A stretch of DNA of 32,783 bases. It comes from Spirogloea muscicola. Lineage: Eukaryota. The notes under the pieces were generated by a model, which worked only from the letters and a program-made list of their open reading frames with translations, ran no database searches and had not been told where the DNA came from. Location of the stretch: NCBI GenBank assembly GCA_009602725.1, contig WELB01000009.1, positions 1,124,080-1,156,862 of the forward strand, in the 5' to 3' direction. The translations under genes were made by a program, and so were the position numbers. This document shows positions 1 to 13,542 of this stretch, piece after piece (the stretch's first letter is position 1; each line of letters begins with the position of its first letter).

Positions 1-108
<108 letters not shown>

Positions 109-919
109 GAGAGAAGGGGGGAGGAGCAAGAGGCAGCTCAAGGAGGAGCGAGAGAAGGGGAGAGGCAAATTGCAAGTGGAGAGAGCGAGAGCGCCCAAGA
201 GAAACGGAAGATAGAGGGAGAGCTAGGGAGGAAGAGGGAGGAGAAGAAGCAGGTCCTCAAAAGGGTGAGGGAGAGTGGAAAAGATGGAGCGGGTAATCGA
301 GAGCCAGCTTGGGGCAGCCAGCGGCTGCAGAGCCATAGCGGCGCGGCCTGGCATCTGCGGCGCTGCTGGCCTGCCTCCCTGACCTGGCCTCGAGGCTGCA
401 CCGTCGCACTTGCTGGGCTACTTGCTGAACTCCCAGCTTGACGCCCACTAGGCATGACACGACCCACGTTGGATGCGGAGTCGCCTGTGCGAGGCGCGAG
501 ACTTTGGCAGAAGTCGTAGAACGTTGGAGTGGCTACTCGCGAGACCAGCACCCAAGCTTGCTTGCAATCGTGCAGCAAGCCGTTGGCCGGGCCTCCAGCG
601 AGGCTGAGCCACCGGCAGCCATGCGGCGGCCTGCCGATGGCTCCACTGGCCAAACTCTCATGTTGGGCTGTAGGCGCTTTATTTTTGCTTTTGTGAGCAG
701 CATTCTCCTGCTTTCGTCCTCACAGCCGACTTCACACCAGGCAGCAGGCTCCTGTGGCCTTCTCGGAATCCCTCTGGGCAAAATCGTCTACGTCACCAAG
801 TTATATGGAGCTAACGTAATTACGAGTCCAGGCAGCCCCAGAGGGTCTGGGCAAGCTGTTCTTATCTTTGACTTCAGAGTGAGCAGCACGGCCTTGCAGA
901 AAGTGTATGAAGTAGGATG

Positions 920-2200
920 CAGTTTGTCAGGACACAGTCTCTCGTACAAGAATGTTTCTCATCTTGAGCTGTTAGTCAATGGTAGAACCTCTTGTCCCTT
1001 ATTGAGTTGCTAGCGAAATGTGTGGCTGTCATCATTCAGGCAACGGCAGCCACAAGCTGCACAGGCACAACAATCAAACGCTCTTCAAACAAGTTGCTGA
1101 ATCTGAAATGTCTTGCATTGCAGCTCCTACTGGTCACGTACAAAATCTGGGATCTCAAAGGCATATCCGAGCCAATCTCAGCTGGTCTGTTTGTTGGATC
1201 ATACTATGGTAATGGACCGCTCATTGTAGATCTAATGACTATCGACACATATATTGACAGCCGTGCTGAGGTGAGCTGCTGTCTTCTCGTTGAACACGAG
1301 TCTCTGTATGAGCTCTAACTTTGTCGTTTGCTGGAGATTGTTATACCGCCCACCAACCAGCGGATGTACACTACGCTACAGTACCATTGTCATTCCCGTC
1401 ACAGGAATTTGCTCACAAAGACCCAGCGCAGTCGAGTTGCGACGACTTTAAGCTTGATAGAGTATAAGCATTGTACCCAATGACACTTCCTGAGCATCGC
1501 AGTAGAGCCCGAACTTAATTCTGCTTGAGGACTTACAATGTCTGAGACGACCACCTTCTTCACCAACTTAATGTGGCCGTAGGCCTGCCAAATGTTGTCA
1601 TGCTCATGTAGGATCTGGAAACGGAAGTAAGTGGACGTATGTTTGCTCTTCAAGGAGTCGTACACGTGGATTATAGCACAATGAAGTACCTGGCCGATAA
1701 ACCTGAGCTTTACAATGTCGTAGTTAGAAGCAGAGAGTATCCACTAGGTGCTGTAAGGGGACAATTGGGACAACTTGACTCCACAATCTTGTCATTCTCT
1801 GGTCAAGTGCTGTAAATATGATAGCCACCACCTTGTAATGGCCCCTTGCTTGGAGGTATTTGACCCTTTCCGGCCCCTTTCGACCGTGTCAACTTTCTGG
1901 GCTGCTTAATCTAGTGCCTACCGATAATTCTCTTAAAACCTGGACTGGCAATAACATTGTGCTCTGACCAACTACAGCAGCTTCATATGTATGCCTGGAT
2001 TAGTGCCTGCATGCTTCTCGCTCTGCGGGAGTGGTGCAAATAGCAGCTAAAAGGTGCGATACGCTTGTCAGAGGTGTAAGCCTGCACTAAGCTTGGCCTG
2101 CGTTGAGAGGAAGAGCTGAAGAGTGACGAGCTCCAAAGGTCGCCCAAGTTGATTGCTGGCGTCCCAGTGTAGACGCACTTTGCAACATTGCTCTTCAATC
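920..2200 (-). mobile_element. Probable degenerate hAT-superfamily transposase fossil with stops and frameshifts
   Basis: Minus-strand motifs occur in hAT order and roughly hAT spacing but in different frames: DASN (2152-2163, like TDNASN), CYLH (2034-2045, CxxH), ITRWW (TRWW 1825-1836, like TRWNS), and AAVA*MMTA.HFASNS....RF / MRNILVRETVS (~925-1060, like the hATC dimerization motif). Recognised by eye only. Confidence 0.35.
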
Positions 2201-2801
2201 TTGTTTCTGGGATGGCCAATTACTGCCATCGCCCCCCACTGGAAGAGTCTATCTCTCTCAGCAGATAAGCTTGACAATCCACTGTGCATATATCTGGTCT
2301 AGAGTGAGGCAGCAAGCAGGCGAGATGCAAACTACGCCCAAAAATCCTCACCTAAATCTCAATCGCTCTGCTCTGCGCTCAATGCTTGTGCTTGTGAGAG
2401 ATGCCCAAGTTTGCCACAGCTGCCGAATACAGAAGATTAAGCAACATGTAATTGCTCTTTCATAGACCATAACTAGCATGCCAAGATTCAGTAAGCAATG
2501 TACCAATCCTCCAAGCGACGAATGTATACTGTTCAGCATCGTTTCTTCTTACGACATTCCATCAATCAAATTCCTCTTGAAATTCTACATCTGCAATCCT
2601 TTATGCCTGAACCGATGGTCAACATGTATATGCATTATTGTAAATTTGCTTCGTGGCATGTGTGGGCAGCACAGCTTAGCTGCCCACCCATTAGGACACA
2701 ATTAAATTTGTCCATCAGCCCTACTGAGGGAATGAACAAATATTTTGTGAAACTTAAGTGCCAATGCTTGGGCACTTGCAAAGAGATAGGCAGCACATTG
2801 T

Positions 2802-5800
2802 CTAAAGTCCTAGTTGTTGCGTATTGTCCTCGAGCGCAGTGCTCTCCGCTTCGCTCAAGGAGCCATCGCCGTCTTGCTTGACATCTATGTCATTGTTCAA
2901 TTCAAAGTGTCCACTATTCTCCTCATTCAGAGGACTGTTGTTCCCCTCCTTGGCAGCCTCTATCTGCTTTGCTTTTCTCTCATCCTCGTCGCCATCCTGC
3001 ATGTCAAGCTTTCGGGTTTGTTTGAGGAAGAATTCTGCCACGTCGGACGCTGTATTGGCGTCCTCCGGCTTCTTGTCAACCCTCACTTGGAGAAATCTGG
3101 GGAACCTCATTGAGATGCCTCTTGATGGGTGCACCAGTCCAACAGCAGCCTTGTGCACCGGCGAGACGGTCAGATCTGTCAAGCCCACAACCACACGTCG
3201 GGTGACACATTAGAACAAGACATCTCCATTGTGAAGTTCATGTAAGCAAGCTAATAACTACATACTCAGCTCCCGAATGGGGTCCATTGCATTCGCAAAT
3301 TGCTTGTTTACTTCACTGATAGGAAGCTCAACTATGCATATCTTAGTATGCACCTGCTCCTCGCATCTCCCATACATCGTGGGCGGAGAACCAAACATCA
3401 GGCTGCTCATCAGTGATGTAGTATGGTGGTCTCCTATCTAGTACCCGCTGTTCCCTGTACAGCTTACTTGTCTGTCAAATGTGCAAAGAAATACACACAG
3501 TCAACTTAACAGTTTGTTCTATGCTGTATATACGGCTTCTTGAAGCTTCTTAGATGTCATGCACAGTGAAGCCATACAACTTGACTTACAGAGTAATATT
3601 TATAGCTTAGAGGGTTGTAAAGTAAGCAGAGCAATGTCTGCTCACATGTGAGTAAGTACCAACTTGTGTTCAGTCAGGTATCACAGTACCTCTGCATAGA
3701 AAGCATCCGTGAAGCCGGACATGCAACGGCAGACGCTTTGGTACTCCTCTCTGTCTGGGTCGTAGCACGCCAAGAGGAAGGGACTGAACCTGCCAACCCC
3801 ACAAGCAAATGTTTTAGTCTGATTCATGCTGAGATACATAGACATCGAGCTCGCCAGTGGGAGTACTGCTTACCACTTCACTTTACGCCCCTGACCATAC
3901 CATGCCCCAATGGGGACTAAGTCCAAGGTATCATGCATTCCTTCCACATAGTCCTTCTTCACCTGCAGTCAAGGGACTAGCATCAGGTCAATTAATCAGT
4001 GGCATCTTCTTGTCTGGTGATGTCTCACATAGATTGGAAAAAGCTATTTGTTCTTGTGGATTTGGGAAGCACCTTGAGCCATGAATCGCTCCTTTTGGCT
4101 GCGTAATCCGAGCCTTCATCGACTGCCTTCACCATGACTCCCTCGGAGCCCGCTTGGAGTGCTTCACTGAGAAAGCTCTCTACCGCCTGCGTCCTGTCCC
4201 CCTCATCGTCCATTTCCTGAGGTTCTAACTGCAGCAAGAACAACCTCTACTTTATCGAGCGTACTGAAAACCTTTGAATCTAAGAGGCAACCTTATAGAG
4301 GAAAAAGAATAACAAACTCTGAGTCTGCAGTACATCATGCTCGCCGAACAAGCTCTTGTAAGCCGTTGCAAGTTGCACGACATGCACCAATCATTTCTAT
4401 CCAGCATTGCTCAATTCTCCGACAATAGTTCCCAGACTTTGTGGGTTGGAGTTTGCACACAGTGCCAACAAATGCTCTTGTAGAGGTTACACACCATGAT
4501 CTGGTCCGCATAGTTGAAGTAGCCTGCCTTTACGCTCGGGAAGACCTCATACATCCCTGCAAGCACACAAGATCGTTGCAAGAATGACGGATTCAGACCA
4601 CTGAACGCTATAGAAGCAAGTCAATAAAGTCCAATAAGGTCAATCTTTCTAACGTAGCCCGTGATCACATGACTGGCAGGAACACTGGCAATGGCTCCTA
4701 CTTTTTCGTCGCTCCCGAAAGGACGCCTTCACCAAGCTGCCAGCAAGGAGAGCGCCAAGTCATGTCAGGATGAGCTTTGCAACAAGGAGGTTGCTGTGAT
4801 GTGAGGCAGAGACTTCTTCATTTGTGTCTGATTACAAAAAGGCAGCCAATGATTTCTGAAGGCAAGACATAGGTATCATCTTCGTGCTCCTACGGTTGCA
4901 TGTTAGGCTTCACACTCGACATGCTACTGGAGCAGCCACAAGCTGCAAAACATTCGCGCAACAGTTGAGCACTTGGCATTGCGACGTACGGATTCCCATC
5001 CACATACAAGATGTCGAAGACGAAGATGCACACATCAACCTGCACACAGAAAAGGCAGGCACAACCCATTTCTTAGAGGAGGCAATGGACACAGTTGGAT
5101 ACAATTATCAGCTGGGATACTACAGATAATGGTTGTACAGCAAGTGCATGATGACATAGACGGCTTATGTCTATTGACCAAAGTTTTCCGCTTGGGTTTT
5201 CAGCTCTAATGCAGACTGGGTCTCACACACCTTGATCGACACCAAGCTGACACTTGCTCCATCGCGTCCGCCCCTCTCCCGCGTGCTCAGGTGCTGGAAA
5301 GCCCTCAAGCGGTTGCCGTCTGCTCTGTCAACGGCCACCACCTGCAGGGCAGGGAGTTGCTCAAGACATATGATGAGCAGGCACATGTTGCTCATATAGA
5401 TATGCAAAGTTGCGTATATGGCGAGATGGTCATTTTCTGTGAGCTTGGTGGCGCTTCAGAGAGGTCGTCTTGCTTGGACTTCTAAAAATAACTCTTTGGA
5501 ATGCCAAAGTAGTCATCTCCAGGACTGCACATATACTCCATAAGTACGCCCAAAACAGAAAACCTACGCCAATCATGTTGTAGCCAGCCACTATGTTGCA
5601 TGTCGACTTCATCATCTCAGTTAAATTGTAACTGGGCATTTGTGTACCTCACTGTCTATGATGAAAGATTGTATGCCAGCCTTGGCAGCATCTCTGACGA
5701 TGTCGGATACGTCAGGGAATCGTGCAGTTATGTCGTCAGAGTTCCTGGAGAAGATCCTGATGTCGCCTCCTGGCAGCAAGTGAATCTGAGCACGTTGCCC

Positions 5801-8800
5801 ATCGTATCTGCACACACTCTCCCCTTATTAAGCTTCATAAATATTCATGAAAACTTTTCCAACCAAGTGCAAATGCCTGCCTAAGCTGCCCTTCCAGTCA
5901 AGGAACCCTGTCCTTCTGACAGAGCCAAGAGGAGAGGCTGCCACAGAGAGGTATTGACTGGACGCATGTGAATCCTGAGCCGATTGTACCATCTATACTG
6001 CAGGGCCTTGGACTCTGAGCACAAAGTCTCAATTGGGTTGGAGGGCGTGTATACGTACTTGTATTCACAGGTGAATGCTTGACCTTGGAACCTCTTCAAC
6101 ACCTCTGGTGTGCCATTGGTTATCCTGCAGATACGCATGATGGCCAAATTCACACCATGATTGGAGCATGCAAGTTCTTGTTTACTAATTTCTCCTCCTC
6201 AGTTGCTCGGCGACAACTATTTTGACAAGTTTCAAACAAGGGCTTGCACAACCTTCTTAATCATAAGGTCTGAACTTCCAGAGACATGTTACAGATGGCA
6301 ATCCAAGCAAGTCAAGCGGTTCATGCGCAAGACACTAATATCCCCTGATTAATTGAGCACAGAGCGAGCGCTGACATTTTTTGCTCGCGCATCTTGCAGC
6401 AAACACGAGCAACTCAAATTTGACCTCTAGTTGCACCATGCATGCCTGTTCACCATGGTAAGTTACTGACAGAAGTACAAGCAAAAGGGACAAAACCTGC
6501 GAAAACAAGCAACAGATTACGCACTTGGCCAGCATAGGCTTGATGGGCGTGCCGGGTGACACGACACCGGCCGCGGCCATGGCCTCCACCCCTCCCTCCA
6601 TCATGGCAGGCACCAGCAGATCCTGTGCAAATATGCTCAATGAGCACCCCACAGGGACGAGCCCGCATGTTCTTGACTTGTCTTGCATTTGCATGCAACG
6701 TGGTTATGCAAAGCAGGTTCACTGCTGAATGACAGCCCACATCCCTTATGATTTATCGATGTTGCAAGTTCAGAGCTGCTGACACTGCTTGGACTGCGTG
6801 CTGCGACCACCTACCAGGTTCGGCAAGTAATTGTAGGCCTCCACAGCAGCAGCAGCTGCAGTCTGTCTCATGACAGCCAGGCAAATTAAGGTCAGCTATG
6901 CCGTTCAGCATTCGCAAACCGACACACAACAACTTTGAGGTATGTGGAAGCAGCAAGCTAAGCACAAGGTTGTCCTCAGGGTTCCAAGATCATTCTGCGG
7001 TGCAAAGACCTGCAGCTGTGGCTTCAAGATGTCGACAGCTGCAACTGGAGCACGGTGAATGAGGACTGCCTGCGCCAGAGCTGGAAGCACAGTTCTGATG
7101 TTTGCACCGATCCGCATATTTTGCACCTGGAGAAAAGTTGGATAGTTGAGCAAGTAACACATGGCACATGTATATTTAACACATTGCAGCTAAGGAGAAA
7201 TCCCTCCTCAGAGATTTCACGGAGGTATGGGCTCAATCTCTCTAATTGTCTGTGCTTGAGTGCATGTGGGGGGCTTCCATAATCGAGATACTTGGTGCAC
7301 ATACGAGCGTGCGAACAAGGAACTGTGTCTCCTTCTCCCGACATGCTCTCAGGAGGCCCATAATGAGAGCCTTCTTCCTTGCGCCACTGCCGCTTCCACT
7401 CTCCTTGCTAAATTGGTATTGTAACCAAGAATGCATGAATAGATTTATCAGACTTCAAATGCACCTGCTTTGAATTGTCCACCAGTAGCAAATAAGGCAC
7501 ACGCATGCAGCACATTGATGGAAGGGCTTGGTCAGTCACCTGATCTTCATGAGGGTGGAGAACACCTGCTGTATCGTGAGCGGGGGGAATGCAAATAGCA
7601 TGCCCTGCGTCTGGCGGCAAGCCTGTGCCGCATCCCCTGCGTAGCAGGCAAACACACGACCCATGCAATAACACTGTGAACTCCCTCAAGGACATTACAA
7701 GTGAGTAGCACCACAGCACACATGAGTGAGAATGGCATATTGCAGCTTGGATGGACCAGCACTTCAAGTAAAGGCATAGGGACGCTCGTATCCCCGAGTG
7801 GTTTCAGATGTGTGGGACTACTTACCAAGATCGCCAGTGGATGTGTACAATTCCCGGATTCGGCTCCGAGGAATGCCAGTTGCTCCAACCACGGCCTCGG
7901 CGACTGTACTTCCGCCAACATTCAGATCCTGTAACAGCAATTTGGTGATACATTACGTGGCATGGCTGGGAGTATTGTGGGAAATTGAAGGCCCTTCTAA
8001 AACGGGGGCTAGGAAGGAGAGCTTCATAGACCTGGCTGCCCTTAACTTTGACATTGAGAGGGGCTAATTGCTTACCACGTTCTGAAAGTCAGGGGCAAGC
8101 TTGTTGAGCGCGAGGTAGAGGGCAGGTAACACGTCAGCTGGTGTAAGTGCGAGCAAGCTGCACCACAGGAAGGGCAGCATATGCACCTTAAGTCACTTAG
8201 CTTGACATAAGTGCTCACAGATTTTTTACTGGTCGCACTGAACAATGTATAGCATCGCGCTCATCTTGCATGCACTAATCGGAGCAGCAGAGGGCCTCAA
8301 AGAGAGCAGACCTGCGAAACATGTTGCAGAGCATGTCGGTGCTCTTGAGCCGCCCGCTCTCCTTCTCGAGCACCTCGAATGTCCTTGCCAGGTGCAGATA
8401 AGGCGCGGGCTCCCCGGCAGACCAACAAGCTGCAAATGTCAAGAATCGCATGAGGTGCAAAATGCAGGCACTAATCTAGTAGGTGACTATTATACATGAT
8501 TCCTGCCCTCTGGTTGCCAAGCCCTGATGCTGACCTATGGCAATATATATCAATTTTGCTGTCATTATCTGTAACAAGCTGCGATGGATCTTTGGAAGCA
8601 ATGACCGTTTCTGCTGTGCTTAGGCACATGGATGTCTGACCGTGCTCCACAGGCTTGTACTTGCTGGTGGCAAGAGAGATGGCCCAGCGGTTCTCCTCGC
8701 TGGCCTGCGGTTTTGTCAGCGCCAGCACCGCAGCGCGGCCGTCATCCAGCGCTGGAGTGACATCCTCACTGAGAGTGGCAGCCATGCCATCTTTCTGAGA

Positions 8801-11800
8801 GCCCACAACAGCACTGAGAACCTCCTTCCCATTTATGGTGCCTCGGTGCTCTCCTCCAGCTTTGCCAGATGGGTTTTGGAGGACAACAGTAGCCGCGTCC
8901 GCTGTGGGAGGCGCACCACTCGGCCTCTCCTCGCTAGCATCCCCAGAACTGTAGAACAGGTTTACAGCCATGTTGACATTCCAGTCGGTCAGGCTCAGCA
9001 GGTCCCGCGCCTTGTCGGCCGTCACGGAAGCCCCCAGGACCAGCAGGAGCTGCTCCAAGGCCTTTCCTGAGCCCTCGGCTGCGCCGACCTCTGGCGACGG
9101 CTTGTCAAAGAACCTCAGAATTGACGGCTGCTGGTCTCCTCGTGCGCCATTGCTGGGCACTCTGCGCCTTCCCCTGCCTCTCTCGGCCTTCTCTTTGGGG
9201 CTCGCCATGGCCGCCCGCCTCGCTGCCGCTGCTGCAGGACCCGGCGATGGCGTCCGAGGCCCATCACTCGTTGGTCCCAAGCTCGGCGGCGTCCCAAATG
9301 ACTGGAGGTCCTCCTCACGAGCCGTCCCATTTGGCCTCTCGACAACACTTTCGTGTCCCTCTTCTTGGCAGCTCTGAACGTCACTTTGTAAGTCAATGGT
9401 GCAGACTGTCGAGTCGAAGAAGAGGCTCACGGCCTTGGTGACATCGCCGCCGGCCTGCGTGATGAGCCCCTGGAGCACGTCACGCGACACACTCTGCGGA
9501 AGTATGGCCTTGAGCTCGTCGAGTGGACCAGGCACAGTCTTGGCTGCCCTCGTTCCGTCACAACTTGTTGCCAAGTCTATAGCTCTCATGGGGCCCTCCT
9601 CCCATGTAATCTCCGTGTCACGTTCTGATGGCACCTCCATATTCTCCAGCTTAGGTGCAGCCATGGCAGCTGCCTCGACCTGCCGGTGTCGCTTCCGCGC
9701 ACCTCGGCCGAAGGCTACTACTGGCGGCGATGCAGCCTCAGTAGGCTCACGGTCGGCGGCAGATAATGGCGGCTTCCGTGAGCTCCGGCGGAGGCCGCTA
9801 CCACCGGCAGCCTGCTGCTGCCCGCTAGTGGACCCCGGCCCCGGCCCTGCACGGCTTGGCGACCCCTTCCGATCCTCCATGTCTTGATCTTCGCCATGCT
9901 CATTCTCAGTCACACTGATGCCAGTTCCCTCGTCCAGTGAAGGCCGTAATTTCTCCTCGAATGGCATTGTGATGTACTGCTTCTTGCCATTCTTCAGTTT
10001 GTTCTCACTGGGTGCCCCACTCACCACAGTGAGGGGCAGCGAAGCATCAGGCTCGTCGGGACGACATCGTGACAGGGATGTCAGGAAGCGCCTCTTGCTG
10101 GCCGTCTCATCCACTAAGTTGCGGAAGTGCTTGCGCATTGTTGCCACCGCCTTGCTGCCCATGTCGCTCCCTGCATCTCCAACAGGCAATCCTTGACAAC
10201 CGCAATCTCCCAGGAATTGCCTCAGTCCTAAGCAGATCAATCTTGTTTTTCACAACTTCAGAATGTCTTTGATGATGTTCTGACAGTGATGTGACGTCGG
10301 CCCTGCTTAGACTTCATGAAGCAGAGAGGTGCACAAGATGTTCTGACATTAAGTGCCAAGCCCATCTCCCCTTCATTGTTCCAAGACTGTGGCTTGATGG
10401 AATACAACCGAAACCCCAAGCTTGATGTGCTCGTCCCAAAAACAACCTGCATATCCATTACTGCCAAGAGATGTCGATCTCACCCTCAATACCAACTGTT
10501 GGTATAATCTGGTGAGGCCGCAGATAACGCACATACTCTCGCAGCTCATCGTAGTTGGAATGCTCGCTGTATGGCACCAGATGGATTTCAAATGGGCCCT
10601 GCAGGGCAAGTCTTTGAGAACACAGTCAAAGCTATCACACTGATAATCATCTGACATGTCACATTCACAACCACTGCACCTGGCAATGCACAGCTGCGCA
10701 GACACAAAGCATTAGACACATCAATTGTTTAAAGTGCTGCACAGTGGCGCATGTCAGTTGTTTGTCACAACCTCAATTTGACCAGGTTAGGCACTCCCAC
10801 CTTGCGTCGCACGGAGAAAGTCTTCTTCTTGACCTCATATGTCCACCCTGTGGGCACGAAGCCCACAACTCGCTTGTAACCAGCGCTGCGCTGCATCGCC
10901 CTTGCCATGTTCTTGAAGTTGGGCCGGAAGAAGGGCCAGGTTTCCCCCAGGAAGCTCCATCCCACCACATGCACCCTGGCAATAGTCGCCAAAGTCCACC
11001 ATGGTGTCAAAGCAGAATCTCTAGGCAGAAGTCAGAACAGAGTGTGATCAGTACTTGACAAGACCCCGGCACCTTGTGGCTGTCGGGTCGGTCGTGAAAA
11101 TGCTCATGTCCTCGAGGCCGAGGCAGCCGAGGATCGCAAGCTTGCGCTCCGTGACGTGGAGCTGGCAGCCGCAGCGCCGCGCCACGGCAGTGAGGATCTT
11201 CTCCTTGCCGATGACATATGTGGATAGCAGATACAGAGTGCCGCCAGCCGCCTTCCCGGAGGCCTGCGGCAAGGACGGTGGCGGTAAGGCACTGAGCTCG
11301 TCTTCGTCCACCTCGCAGGTCTCTGGCACCGGCAGGTCTGGCCTGGCGGCAGAAGCCGGCGTCGGCTCCAGCCCCTCTCCACCCAACCCATCCTCTCCGC
11401 CCCCCTCTTCCTCATCTCCTCCCTCTTCCCCTCCTTCCTCCTCCTCCAGCCTGCTCTCCTGCACGCCTGCCTCGCCTCCCTCTCCTTCAGTGGGCACGTT
11501 GCTGTCTGCGTCCGCTGCGCCACCACTGTCCTGCTTGACGCCCTCCTCGCTCTGCATGAGTTGGTGGACGGTGTCGGCGACGTAGGCCACCGACTCCGCC
11601 TGGTCCGGGAACACATATCGAGGGTTGCAGTACGTGGTGTCCAGGAACACGGCATCAGCACCGACGAAGGCTGCCAGGTGGGGATCGGCCCGCATCGCCG
11701 AATCGTAGCGCATGTCGCCCACGTGCACGTACCTGCAGCCGGACGTCGCACACAGTACCACCAGGTCACTGTCTGCACATACCATCTGCCTCCAATAGCA

Positions 11801-12981
11801 TCGCGAATCTAAAGCAATCACCGTGACCAGAGTCCCTATGACTATCAATGACATTGACATTTCTAAATCAAACTGCATCAGCACAAATAGGTTAGTGGCG
11901 AGCGGCACGAGCAGCGGCCCCCTGAGCTGCAGCTCAGCCCCAGCACAGCTGACTCTGTCAGCCGCCAGAACCCTCGTTACCGAGGTGTGGGTCTGCAGAT
12001 GGTGCCTGCGCGTGGGCTCCCCGGGGATGCGGAAGAGGAACTGCACGGCGCCGGGGCAGTGGTTGGCGTCCACCATCGTCACCTCCACGCCGTCCACCTG
12101 CAGAGGCGGCAGAAGCTGGGGTCGTGAGCACTGCCTGTCCACGCCTTCCCAAGCCGTTCCCTCCAGCCTTCTCAAGCCATTCCAAGAGGTCCTAAGGGCC
12201 TCTGACTGCCGACTCGACCCGAAGCAAGCAATTGCAGGCCTGTCCAGTGCCTATCTACGCTTTCCCAAGCCCATCCTCAGCCTTGTCCAGCTTTTCCAAG
12301 AGCTTCTAAAGGCCTTCAGCGGCCGATTCGAGCCAACGCAAGCTGTGCAAGCCTTTCTTAAATGCCTATTCATCCTGGCATGACCAATCTGCTCACAGCT
12401 CCGTAGTCCTTCCCAAAGTGCCAGCAGCCTGCTGCAGCAGAGCCCGACATGTTTTGGGGGTTCAGGAATGAGGGTGAGGGTTGGGGTTTAGCGTTCAGGG
12501 CGAGCAGATGGCACGGCGGGCCGACGCCTAACCGTGAATGATTGATCCATAACCCGAACCCCCCAAACCGAAACGGAAGACTGAACAAGGTCCAAAGCAG
12601 AAGACGCTTGCAGTAGAGGGCGATGGCTGTGAGCGGCCAGCCCAGGAAGAGGGATGGATAAATAACGGTCTCTGACGAGTCATGTGCCAAGTGGAGGGGA
12701 CCTGGAAGGGCGCGGCGAGCGGCGCGGCGCGGAGGAGCGGGCGCGGGAGGCCGAGCGCCAGCGCCACCAGCCGCGCCGTCGTGGGCGAGCAGAAGACGAG
12801 GCCGCCGCGCCAGCCCGCCGTCAGCCCCGCGTAGTGGTCCGCGTGGAAGTGCGACAAAAAGTAGGCGCGGCTCCAGGCGCCGCCGTCGCCGCCGCCGCCG
12901 CCGCCGCCGCGGAAGCCGTCGACCACGAAGCGCGTCCCCGGGATGAGCTTGTACGACGGCAGGCCCGGCGGGGGCGCCGCC
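2802..12981 (-). CDS. LIG6: DNA ligase 6: N-terminal SNM1/beta-CASP metallo-beta-lactamase nuclease domain fused to an ATP-dependent DNA ligase; ~25 visible exons, start codon probably in the N gap
   Basis: MBL motifs: [13 protein letters not shown] (exon 12981-12702), DANHCPGA (12097-12006), YVHVGDMRY / FLDTTYC / TYVIGKE (11732-11073), VPYSEHS (~10598-10483). Ligase motifs: [13 protein letters not shown] (catalytic Lys codon split by the intron between ~6059 and ~5806), [34 protein letters not shown]. Stop TAG at 2802. Intron phases are consistent, GT-AG except one probable GC-AG. Confidence 0.95.
12142..12369. repeat. Two diverged tandem copies of a ~115 bp unit in a LIG6 intron
   Basis: Shared skeleton gc(c/t)ttcccaagcc...cagcctt...ttccaagag..ctaa.ggcc...gccga.tcga.cc.a.gcaagc...tgca.gcct...tgcctat, starting at ~12142 and ~12258. 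Confidence 0.75.
12611..12650 (-). mobile_element. Solo retroelement 3'-UTR hairpin fragment in a LIG6 intron
   Basis: cagtagagggcgatggctgtga is identical at 12611 and 23735, and here it continues into the GGCTG..CAGCC hairpin found throughout 20227-23800. Confidence 0.65.
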
Positions 12982-13542
12982 NNNNNNNNNNNNNNNNNNN
13001 NNNNNNNNNNNNNNNNNNNNNNNNNNNNNNNNNNNNNNNNNNNNNNNNNNNNNNNNNNNNNNNNNNNNNNNNNNNNNNNNNNNNNNNNNNNNNNNNNNNN
13101 NNNNNNNNNNNNNNNNNNNNNNNNNNNNNNNNNNNNNNNNNNNNNNNNNNNNNNNNNNNNNNNNNNNNNNNNNNNNNNNNNNNNNNNNNNNNNNNNNNNN
13201 NNNNNNNNNNNNNNNNNNNNNNNNNNNNNNNNNNNNNNNNNNNNNNNNNNNNNNNNNNNNNNNNNNNNNNNNNNNNNNNNNNNNNNNNNNNNNNNNNNNN
13301 NNNNNNNNNNNNNNNNNNNNNNNNNNNNNNNNNNNNNNNNNNNNNNNNNNNNNNNNNNNNNNNNNNNNNNNNNNNNNNNNNNNNNNNNNNNNNNNNNNNN
13401 NNNNNNNNNNNNNNNNNNNNNNNNNNNNNNNNNNNNNNNNNNNNNNNNNNNNNNNNNNNNNNNNNNNNNNNNNNNNNNNNNNNNNNNNNNNNNNNNNNNN
13501 NNNNNNNNNNNNNNNNNNNNNNNNNNNNNNNNNNNNNNNNNN
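12982..13542. other. Assembly gap (561 N) between very GC-rich flanks; probably holds the 5' ends of LIG6 and the ycf21-like gene
   Basis: N run. Coding frames run into the gap from both sides in opposite directions. Confidence 0.95.

Noticed and set aside
138..1013. ORFs 138-653 (-) and 438-1013 (+) as genes, or as another RLE fragment
   Set aside because: No recognisable domain or splice structure; partly low-complexity; the resemblance to RLE motifs is too weak. Left unexplained.
6335..6365. LIRGY* ending like the retroelement ORF terminus
   Set aside because: No upstream SDL/AGRAL similarity and no downstream hairpin, so probably chance.
8642..12383. Long plus-strand ORFs antisense to LIG6 exons, and similar ones over ATP2 and STN7
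   Set aside because: Shadow ORFs expected from GC-rich coding sequence, with no independent motifs.
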